This document shows, in pieces, positions 18,226 through 25,410 of a DNA stretch of 31,851 nucleotides (its first letter is position 1; every line of letters starts with the position of its first letter). The DNA is from a virus (taxonomy: Duplodnaviria > Caudoviricetes). The stretch lies in IMG/VR virus record IMGVR_UViG_3300024264_002693, positions 1 through 31,851 of that record; one strand, 5' to 3'. The notes beneath the pieces were generated by a model. The model saw only the letters and a list, made by a program, of their open reading frames with translations, was not told the DNA's origin and made no database searches. A program made the position numbers and the translations under genes.

Positions 18226-18446
18226 CGGTAAGAACCTAGTAGTTTAGGACCTTTAGATGTAAAATCCATTCCTGCAAAGCTACCGTGATAGTCACCATAC
18301 TTTGCATTATAAGTGAAGTTAACTTTAACGGTATTGATGTATACCGTTAAGCTTTGTTCTGCTGTGAAGTATGCAACTTCAGCTTCAACTTCTTTTCCAC
18401 TGTTGACATTTTCGACAATACATTCTTTAGCATAAGTCTGGTTCAT
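18222..18446 (-). CDS. Hypothetical protein
   Basis: 74 aa, packed between neighbours with ATGA overlap. Confidence 0.7.
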   Translation of the reverse strand: MNQTYAKECIVENVNSGKEVEAEVAYFTAEQSLTVYINTVKVNFTYNAKYGDYHGSFAGMDFTSKGPKLLGSYR

Positions 18447-18447
18447 A

Positions 18448-18723
18448 TTAAGCCGCCTTTAGAAGTGTAGGAGCTACTCTCCACATACCGGAGTCTGTAG
18501 TAACTTGAATGTTTTTAATCATTACCTTAGTAACAACTCCTTCAATTTTAGCACCACGCTTATCATTGAAGAATACGTTCTGTCCAACATTAAAAGCATT
18601 TTTGGCCATTTGTGTTTTGGCTTTGAATTGCATGTTAAACATTTGAGAAATCATTTTCATCTCGCTGGAATCAGCTTTGGCGAAAAGAGTGTTCAGTTTA
18701 GTCATTTCAGATTTAGTTAGCAT
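18448..18723 (-). CDS. Hypothetical protein with SH3/KOW-like C-terminal barrel
   Basis: FNVGQNVFF...GVVTKVMIKNIQV...WRV pattern; AGGAAAGGA RBS; first gene after a promoter. Confidence 0.7.
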   Translation of the reverse strand: MLTKSEMTKLNTLFAKADSSEMKMISQMFNMQFKAKTQMAKNAFNVGQNVFFNDKRGAKIEGVVTKVMIKNIQVTTDSGMWRVAPTLLKAA

Positions 18724-18757
18724 AATATATTTCCTTTCCTCATTAATTTATGGGTCT

Positions 18758-18786
18758 ATTATAACCCGTTTTGTTCCATTTGTCAA
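18758..18786 (-). promoter_or_regulatory. sigma70-type early promoter
   Basis: Minus strand TTGACA (18786-18781), 17-nt spacer, TATAAT (18763-18758), upstream A-tract. Confidence 0.88.
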
Positions 18787-18809
18787 CCTTTTTTTGCATT
18801 TATTTTCAA

Positions 18810-19133
18810 TTAAAATTCAAAAGATGGTTGAGGTGTAGAGTAACCAGCACCTTTTCCGTAGAATCCCATTGATTCTAGTTTAAGTACTAATTCGTCAAAA
18901 TCGTAAGGTGTTTCGCCTTCTGCGTATTGTGGATATATGCCTACTGTTAATGGATCGTTTATAAAAAACTGGGTACCCTCGAACTCAGGATGTTCTGAAC
19001 AAAATTCGTTGACTAATGCAACTCCTTTTCTCCATGTAGCTATTGACTTATGTCTTAGCTCAAAGTCTGATATGTACATTCCAGGCTGTGTCAAAGTCAG
19101 TTCTGGTTGGTTTCCTAGTATCCTATATTCCAT
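18810..19133 (-). CDS. Hypothetical protein
   Basis: 107 aa with GGAG RBS, flanked by two sigma70 promoters. Confidence 0.72.
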   Translation of the reverse strand: MEYRILGNQPELTLTQPGMYISDFELRHKSIATWRKGVALVNEFCSEHPEFEGTQFFINDPLTVGIYPQYAEGETPYDFDELVLKLESMGFYGKGAGYSTPQPSFEF

Positions 19134-19153
19134 TTAATCTCCGTTTTATTCAA

Positions 19154-19200
19154 AATATGAGTATATTATAATTGGTTTTGTTTCATTTGTCAACCCTTTT
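19154..19200. repeat. 47-bp exact direct repeat, copy 1 (copy 2 at 30656-30702)
   Basis: AATATGAGTATATTATAATTGGTTTTGTTTCATTTGTCAACCCTTTT is present at both positions. Confidence 0.92.
19165..19193 (-). promoter_or_regulatory. sigma70-type early promoter (copy 1 of a 47-bp repeat)
   Basis: Minus strand TTGACA (19193-19188), 17-nt spacer, TATAAT (19170-19165). Confidence 0.88.
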
Positions 19201-19236
19201 TTGCAATTATTTTGACTTATTTTCAATTTGCAATAT

Positions 19237-19244
19237 TATAAATA
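19237..19244 (+). promoter_or_regulatory. T4-type late promoter TATAAATA at the head of the curli/cyclase operon
   Basis: Exact TATAAATA 37 nt upstream of the ATG at 19282; same ATATTATAAATA context as the gp18 promoter. Confidence 0.72.
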
Positions 19245-19281
19245 AGACTTGAGGCCCTAAGCTTCAAAAATGGAGTAAACA

Positions 19282-19578
19282 ATGGAACAAATCTTGCAAT
19301 TGATATCTGATGTAGGTTTACCTATAGCAGGCGCTTTAGTGATGGGATTCTTTATCTTTATCATTATTAAGCAGATGATGGAAGGACTCATTGATAATAT
19401 CAAAACTTTAACAATTTTCAGTGAAGGGCTAGAAAATAGAGCGCGCTCTATGAGTAATGAAATTGTTAAAATCGACCTGCTAGTTTCTAGCGCATTAGAC
19501 TTGAAACCAGATACAGAAAGAATTGCACGAGCTGAAAATTTTATTGAAGACGGTAAACTGGACGTGAGGAGAGATTAA
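19282..19578 (+). CDS. Small membrane protein (N-terminal TM helix + coiled coil)
   Basis: QLISDVGLPI followed by a hydrophobic helix; GGAG RBS; similar to 19780-20079. Confidence 0.75.
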   Translation: MEQILQLISDVGLPIAGALVMGFFIFIIIKQMMEGLIDNIKTLTIFSEGLENRARSMSNEIVKIDLLVSSALDLKPDTERIARAENFIEDGKLDVRRD

Positions 19579-19580
19579 CA

Positions 19581-19790
19581 ATGTTATACTGTGATTATAC
19601 ATTTTCTATTGACGGAAGTGGATTAAAATTAACAGACAAAGATACACAGTGGGAAAAGTACCAACAAGTAAAGATTGAGAATACACCTTTACAAGTAGGA
19701 GATACTTTTACTTTACTGACCGACGAAGACGGGTGCATGTTTTTTAGAAAAAATGCTCCTGTACAATATGAGTTGAACTTTGGAATTTGA
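19581..19790 (+). CDS. Hypothetical protein
   Basis: 69 aa, GAGGAG RBS, fills the gap between the two membrane paralogues. Confidence 0.65.
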   Translation: MLYCDYTFSIDGSGLKLTDKDTQWEKYQQVKIENTPLQVGDTFTLLTDEDGCMFFRKNAPVQYELNFGI

Positions 19791-20079
19791 TGTAGCTCAA
19801 TTAGTATCAGAATACGGTTTCCCAACAATCATGGTTGTTGGTTTGGGTTACTTCGTATATTTCGTTTGGAAATTTATAAACGAGAAGATACAACCAGCTA
19901 TTGATAAACATCACATGCAATTAATTAAAGTAATTGACCGTGTTAGAATGTTAGACCAAGACCTTATAAGATTACAACAAAAAGTAAATGTAGTTTTGGA
20001 ATATAGAGCTCGACAAGAATTGTTAAAACATTACGAAGACAAAATCGAGCTAGAAAAGAGAAATAAAGATGAAGATTAA
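19780..20079 (+). CDS. Small membrane protein (N-terminal TM helix + coiled coil)
   Basis: QLVSEYGFPT followed by a hydrophobic helix and heptad-like C-terminus; TTG start. Confidence 0.72.
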   Translation: MEFDVAQLVSEYGFPTIMVVGLGYFVYFVWKFINEKIQPAIDKHHMQLIKVIDRVRMLDQDLIRLQQKVNVVLEYRARQELLKHYEDKIELEKRNKDED

Positions 20080-20572
20080 TGGAACATACTTAGGATTACT
20101 TGTAATTGGATTGTATTTTTCAGTTCAAGTCTGTGCAGAACCTATTGTGCACAAATTTAAAAATCCTAGCTTCAGTGGTATAGGAACAGGTGCTCATTAT
20201 TTGACTATTGAGAACCAAGAACATTCACGTAAGAAAGCAATTAAGGATGCTCTTGAAGCTGCAGAAAGAGCAGCAGAAAGAGAAATTGACAACTCAACAT
20301 TATCAAAATTTATACGGAACTTGGAAAGTAGAATATATGCTCAATTAGCAAAACAGTTAGTTGACAATATGTTTTCAAATGATAACCCAGTTCGATTTGG
20401 TTCATTTGTACTCGAAGGCTCAACAGTGACTTATGAAGTCATTACAAATATAGATGGAACTGAATTTATTAAAATGACAATTGTAGATGAGAATGGAACA
20501 ACTACAGTCATTGAAATACCAATTGGTTCTGGTAACTTTGGCGGAGACGGCAATGCGACTGACGGCGGCTAG
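20069..20572 (+). CDS. csgF: Curli assembly protein CsgF-like
   Basis: Signal peptide, then HKFKNPSFSG (compare CsgF FQFRNPNFGG), F..NLESRIYAQL...L and C-terminal TTVIEIP; adjacent to csgG. Confidence 0.85.
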   Translation: MKINGTYLGLLVIGLYFSVQVCAEPIVHKFKNPSFSGIGTGAHYLTIENQEHSRKKAIKDALEAAERAAEREIDNSTLSKFIRNLESRIYAQLAKQLVDNMFSNDNPVRFGSFVLEGSTVTYEVITNIDGTEFIKMTIVDENGTTTVIEIPIGSGNFGGDGNATDGG

Positions 20573-21497
20573 TATTGCAATACTATTTCTAGCTGGTTGT
20601 GCACAGATGCCACAATGGTCAGATGGACCTGGATATTGTTCATACGAGACTGGTCAATTTGAACAAGGGTTCGGTAAAGTTAGAGATAAAAACGGTGATG
20701 GTATGGTATTAGACAAACTATACACTGGTACAAGAAAATATGTTGGTGGTAAATTTATTTGCATAGAACAACCAGAAGTTGTTAACTTACCAGCATATGT
20801 AGAGTTATTAAATCTACCACCTGCAAAAACAAAACCTGTAGTTGCAGTTTATAACTTTGGAGATAAAACTGGACAAAGAAAAGATTCACAAAGTGGTCAA
20901 TCATTTTCTACAGCAGTAACACAAGGTGGAACAGAATTAATTATTGATGCGCTTAAAACAGCAGGTGGAGGAACCTGGTTTAGAGTAGCAGAAAGACAAG
21001 GGATTGATGCTCTTGTTAGGGAAAGACAAATCATTCGCTCAGGCAGAGAAGAAGTAGCAAGAGCGACTGGTGAAGAAGTACAAAAACTGGGACCATTATT
21101 ATTTGCAGGTATGGTAATCGAAGGCGGGATTATCGGATATGACAGTAATATTAAAACAGGTGGTCGAGGCGCAAGAACGCTCGGTATTGGTTTTAGTAGG
21201 CAATATAGGCAAGACCAAGTAGTAATTTCATTAAGAGCAGTTAGTGTTCTTACAGGTGAAGTACTCTTAAATGTACAAACTAAAAAGACAATTTTAAGTT
21301 ATGGCTCTGGTGGTGACGTATTTAGATTTTACGAGCAGGGCACACAGTTGGTTGAGTATGAAGACGGTGTAGGAAATAATGAGTCAGTGACGTATGCAGT
21401 ACGAACAGCAATAGAAGCTGCCGTGCTGGAAATGGTCTATCAAGGGAATCGTCGTGGGTTCTGGGAGATAGATTTTAATAAAGAGGAAGAAGAATGA
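20553..21497 (+). CDS. csgG: Curli secretion channel lipoprotein CsgG-like
   Basis: Start reassigned to ATG 20553 (GGAG RBS, lipobox LAGC); VAVYNF.DKTGQRK, FSTAVTQG, WFRVAERQG...L..ERQIIR, EGGIIGYDSN..TGG.GAR.LGIG motifs. Confidence 0.93.
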   Translation: MRLTAASIAILFLAGCAQMPQWSDGPGYCSYETGQFEQGFGKVRDKNGDGMVLDKLYTGTRKYVGGKFICIEQPEVVNLPAYVELLNLPPAKTKPVVAVYNFGDKTGQRKDSQSGQSFSTAVTQGGTELIIDALKTAGGGTWFRVAERQGIDALVRERQIIRSGREEVARATGEEVQKLGPLLFAGMVIEGGIIGYDSNIKTGGRGARTLGIGFSRQYRQDQVVISLRAVSVLTGEVLLNVQTKKTILSYGSGGDVFRFYEQGTQLVEYEDGVGNNESVTYAVRTAIEAAVLEMVYQGNRRGFWEIDFNKEEEE

Positions 21498-22222
21498 TTA
21501 AGAAACTTTTAGGCCTAAGTTTATTGATACTTCCAGCTTTCGTATTTGCACAAGCTACTGATGATAATGAAATAAACATTGAGCAAGTTGGTGATACATT
21601 AACATTGTACATCGACCAATACGGATATGGTAACAAAATAGGATTAGACGACTTTTCAAGTAGTTCTAGTGCTATGACAATTACGGGTTCTTCATTGAAC
21701 ATAAACATTGACCAAATAGGTAATGAAAACTTATTATTTGGTCCTGTTGTATCTGACAGTAGTACTTATAATTTATTGTTTACTGGCGATAGTAACTCAA
21801 TGGATTGGAATATCGGTTACATAGGTAGCTCAGATAGTTCAACTATTGATTTAGATATTTCTGGTGATAGTAATACCTTGGACTTTGACCAAGGATTCAA
21901 TGCAAGTGCTGAAAGATTGGATTTTGATTTAACACTTATTGGCGACAGCAATATTTTTGATATTGATATAGACGTCGATGACGCTATTTGGAATTTTGAT
22001 ATTACAGGTGGAAGCAACAACATCAACACCATGCAGAAAGATGGTGGAGAGCACGAGATTAACTTGACTCTAGATGGCTCATCAGCTGATATCGATATTA
22101 ATCAAATGAGTGGTACATGTGCTACAGGTGTAACAACTTGTAATGGCATCATCACTTTAGATGTTGATAGCGAAAATGCGACTATACAAATCAATCAGAA
22201 AGATTCATCTAGCGATAGTTAA
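21494..22222 (+). CDS. Secreted curlin-like beta-solenoid repeat protein A
   Basis: Signal peptide (AFVFA); repeated x-I-x-Q-x-G-x-x-N and GDSN turns; directly after csgG with ATGA overlap. Confidence 0.75.
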   Translation: MIKKLLGLSLLILPAFVFAQATDDNEINIEQVGDTLTLYIDQYGYGNKIGLDDFSSSSSAMTITGSSLNINIDQIGNENLLFGPVVSDSSTYNLLFTGDSNSMDWNIGYIGSSDSSTIDLDISGDSNTLDFDQGFNASAERLDFDLTLIGDSNIFDIDIDVDDAIWNFDITGGSNNINTMQKDGGEHEINLTLDGSSADIDINQMSGTCATGVTTCNGIITLDVDSENATIQINQKDSSSDS

Positions 22223-23336
22223 AGCATTTTTATTTTTGACAGTATTGTCAATTAATCTGTCTGCAGCAGATTCTATTGGCAATATTGTCGAATTTAAGGG
22301 CGATGCATCTCTTACGAGAGAAGCAGGTGCGGAACTCGTTATTGAACAAAAACAAATCCCCGAAGTTCAAATGAACGATACGGCCGAAACAGAAAATGGC
22401 CGAATTAAAATAGAATTCTTAGACGAGGCAGAACTTAGCCTCACAGAAAATACTCGAGTATATATCGACCGAGTATATTACGACCCAGACCCAAGTAAAT
22501 CAAAAATGGCTATGAGAATGGCAATGGGAACCGCTAGGTTCGCATCAGGTCGTTTGGGAATGGTCAATCAAAACAATATTGATATACAAACACCTACTGC
22601 TAGTATTGCAGTTCGTGGAACAGACTTTACAACCACCATTGACGAGTTAGGGAGGTCTCTTGTAGTACTACTTCCTGATGCGTATGGTAACCCTTCGGGT
22701 GTCATAGAAGTATCTAATCTAGGAGGTACTGTGACCCTAGATGAGGCTTACGCAGCTACTATGGTATCAACTTTAGACAGTCCACCAACTCCTCGAGTAC
22801 AACTATCCAATATTACTCCAGCAATGATTGATAATATGTTTATTGTATCTCCACCTCAAGAAATACAAGAAGCTATTGATGAAGAATTGGCTGATGATTC
22901 AGACCAAGACCAAGGATTGTTGGATGTAGATTTTTTAGAATTTAACGAATTAGAATATGATGCACTTGAAGAAGATGCATTAGAATTTACAGAACTCGAT
23001 ATTGACTATTTAGATGTCGATTTCTTAACAGATTTATTAGATGTTGTCGAGGAACTTGTTAAGACAACAGCAGCTCTTGATGATAGAGCAATTTCAGGTA
23101 CATCATTAGGAGCTCAAATTAAAGGAGCAAGTTTTGGTTTAAATGCAGATTCACAATATAATGTATTTGAACAAGATGGAAATATAGTTTTTTATAGAAA
23201 TGTACAAGGCACAATAAGAATCGTGCTCGCAGTGGATTCTTCAGTAAAAATTGATACTGAAGTTGAAGGCTATTCTGGTATAATTGATTTAAACGGGGGA
23301 AATGATTCCACAATTATAATTAAGCAAGGCGGATAA
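22176..23336 (+). CDS. FecR-domain periplasmic protein with acidic linker
   Basis: Hydrophobic leader; IG.I...KG, D..ET.NGR..I.F.D...L.LTENT, I.TPTASIAVRGTDF motifs of FecR-like domains. Start uncertain (22161 or 22176). Confidence 0.85.
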   Translation: MRLYKSIRKIHLAIVKAFLFLTVLSINLSAADSIGNIVEFKGDASLTREAGAELVIEQKQIPEVQMNDTAETENGRIKIEFLDEAELSLTENTRVYIDRVYYDPDPSKSKMAMRMAMGTARFASGRLGMVNQNNIDIQTPTASIAVRGTDFTTTIDELGRSLVVLLPDAYGNPSGVIEVSNLGGTVTLDEAYAATMVSTLDSPPTPRVQLSNITPAMIDNMFIVSPPQEIQEAIDEELADDSDQDQGLLDVDFLEFNELEYDALEEDALEFTELDIDYLDVDFLTDLLDVVEELVKTTAALDDRAISGTSLGAQIKGASFGLNADSQYNVFEQDGNIVFYRNVQGTIRIVLAVDSSVKIDTEVEGYSGIIDLNGGNDSTIIIKQGG

Positions 23337-23339
23337 ATA

Positions 23340-23435
23340 ATGTATAACTATTACTATAATAATTATCAAAGATATTTAAAATTAAAATATGGATGGTCAG
23401 TACGACCAGGGCAAATAGTGGATATTTACGTATGA
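23340..23435 (+). CDS. 31-aa Tyr/Asn-rich small ORF (not in ORF track)
   Basis: MYNYYYNNYQRYLKLKYGWSVRPGQIVDIYV; begins 3 nt after the FecR stop and its TGA overlaps the next ATG (ATGA). Confidence 0.55.
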   Translation: MYNYYYNNYQRYLKLKYGWSVRPGQIVDIYV

Positions 23436-24157
23436 CAAAATTAACATTAACAAAATTATTTTGTATTTTATTATTAATTACTTTAGCTGTATCAGCTGAT
23501 GATAATGTAATCAGTATAGAACAAACTGGTGATAATTTTCAATTAGGTATTGACCAATTTGGTCACTCTAATAACATCAACATGCTAGATAGTAATTCAT
23601 ATATCTCTGCAACAAATTTAGACATGTATTTAGTTCAAGTGAATACAAGCTCTACAGCACTTCCTAATAAAATTAGATTTGATGAAATAAGTGGTCAAGG
23701 CAATCAAATGAAATTAGGTCAAGGTATTGACTGGACTGATATTACATCAGACACTAACTTGTCTTGGAGTTACGATGGTTGGGAAGGCGGTGGCCACGAA
23801 ATAGATATCACAATGTATGGTGATTATAATCAATTAGCAGTACAACAAACAAACCAATCTACTGCACTCGACGGACATAACTTTGATTTACATTTAGCAG
23901 GTGATAACAACGAAGTTAAAATAAAGCAACAAAGTGATGGTGCAAAGAGTATAGACCTTACAGTTTACAATGACTGGAACGATGTATTCATTAGACAAAA
24001 AGGAAACGGTGCTACTCACAACGCAAATATTACTCTTGATGGATTATATGGAACTGATTTAATATTAAAGCAAATGAGCCAAACAAGTCAAACATATACA
24101 TTAAGTGTTGACTGTATGAATTTTAATGGATGCGGAGTAACAGTAACACAGGAATAA
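23432..24157 (+). CDS. Secreted curlin-like repeat protein B
   Basis: Start reassigned to ATG 23432 giving a signal peptide (..LAVSA); DDNVISIEQTGD, GDYNQLAVQQ, GDNNEVKIKQ, NDVFIRQKG curlin-type repeats. Confidence 0.78.
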   Translation: MTKLTLTKLFCILLLITLAVSADDNVISIEQTGDNFQLGIDQFGHSNNINMLDSNSYISATNLDMYLVQVNTSSTALPNKIRFDEISGQGNQMKLGQGIDWTDITSDTNLSWSYDGWEGGGHEIDITMYGDYNQLAVQQTNQSTALDGHNFDLHLAGDNNEVKIKQQSDGAKSIDLTVYNDWNDVFIRQKGNGATHNANITLDGLYGTDLILKQMSQTSQTYTLSVDCMNFNGCGVTVTQE

Positions 24158-24159
24158 TT

Positions 24160-24471
24160 ATGGACTTAGATATATACGGCAATCCAGTAGGAACTAAATA
24201 TCCAGGAGAAGGAAACTGTCCTGAAGGTATGATGTGTATTCCTGAAAACGAATTTCATATGCAGCTCGAGGAAGCAGGTATGGAATACGACGAAACATCA
24301 AGAGAGATACAACCCGTAGGTGATGCCGAAGCCATCATAGACTTTACAAAAGATTTGTTATTTTTAGATATTAGTGTAATATTTAATATGGCAGTTCCTC
24401 TTACAATATTCGCGGTATATGGTTTAACGATTTATGCGGCGGTGAAATTCATTCAAAAGAAATTAAGTTAA
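24160..24471 (+). CDS. Hypothetical protein with C-terminal TM helix
   Basis: ATG 24160 follows AGGA and the upstream stop; CPEGMMC motif; hydrophobic C-terminus ending in a basic tail. Confidence 0.7.
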   Translation: MDLDIYGNPVGTKYPGEGNCPEGMMCIPENEFHMQLEEAGMEYDETSREIQPVGDAEAIIDFTKDLLFLDISVIFNMAVPLTIFAVYGLTIYAAVKFIQKKLS

Positions 24472-24474
24472 ATT

Positions 24475-25410
24475 ATGAAAACATTATTACAAAGAGTTAT
24501 ACAAGATAAAGAAGTGAACTTATATCCAGTCTGGTTAATGAGACAAGCTGGAAGATACATGCCAGAATATATGGCGATCAAAGCAGAAAGTAATGGCTTT
24601 TTAGATATGGCATTAACGCCTGAAAAAGCAACTGAGATTACAATGCAACCTATTAAAGAATTTGATATGGATGCAGCAATTATATTCTCAGATATATTAA
24701 TCATCAATTATGCTTTAGGGCAAGAGTTAGATTATAACCCTGCTCCAGAGCTTGGACCTTATAAAGAATCTTTTTGGGAAACAACAGAAAGCGAGTTTAT
24801 TGAAAAATGTGAACCCGTTTATGAAGCAATACGAAGAGTAAGAGAAGAACTTGATGATAGTAAATCACTTATTGGATTTGCAGCAGCTCCTTATACGCTC
24901 TGTAAGTACATGTGTGATACTGTGGATTCAGATATAGTTAACCGATTAATACCATATATTGTTACTCACCTTTCAATGCAGATTGAAGCAGGTTGTGATA
25001 CAGTACAAATCTTTGATAGTCACGCTGGTGATATATCAGAACATGACTTTGATGAAATCATTATTGAACCAACAAAAATTATTGTTGATGTCATTAGAGC
25101 ACATTATCCTCATGTTTGTATTATTGCTTTCCCAAGATTAGTTGGTAATAAAATAAACGAATACATTGAGATTGTAAATCCTGATTGTACAAATATTAGT
25201 GATGATTTACCAGTTGACGAAATTAATGGTGAAGTACTACAAGGTGGAATCTCAGTTAAAAGATTAATTAAGGGCGAAGACATCACCCCCGTTTTAGATA
25301 AAATGAAAGATAAACCTTACATTGTTAATCTAGCTCACGGCATACATAAAACTACACCAGTAGAAAATGTTAGAGCATTGGTTAATACAGTTAAAGAATA
25401 TCGTGCTTAA
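24475..25410 (+). CDS. hemE: Uroporphyrinogen decarboxylase
   Basis: PVWLMRQAGRYMPEY signature, DAAIIFSDIL, LIGFAAAPYTL..Y, VQIFDS, IVNLAHGI..TP.ENV. Confidence 0.95.
   Translation: MKTLLQRVIQDKEVNLYPVWLMRQAGRYMPEYMAIKAESNGFLDMALTPEKATEITMQPIKEFDMDAAIIFSDILIINYALGQELDYNPAPELGPYKESFWETTESEFIEKCEPVYEAIRRVREELDDSKSLIGFAAAPYTLCKYMCDTVDSDIVNRLIPYIVTHLSMQIEAGCDTVQIFDSHAGDISEHDFDEIIIEPTKIIVDVIRAHYPHVCIIAFPRLVGNKINEYIEIVNPDCTNISDDLPVDEINGEVLQGGISVKRLIKGEDITPVLDKMKDKPYIVNLAHGIHKTTPVENVRALVNTVKEYRA

Noticed and set aside
20487-20552. Track start for CsgG (similar over-long starts at 23393, 24130, 25367, 27970, 28727)
   Set aside because: Downstream starts give proper signal peptides/lipobox, better RBS or coupling, and avoid long overlaps.
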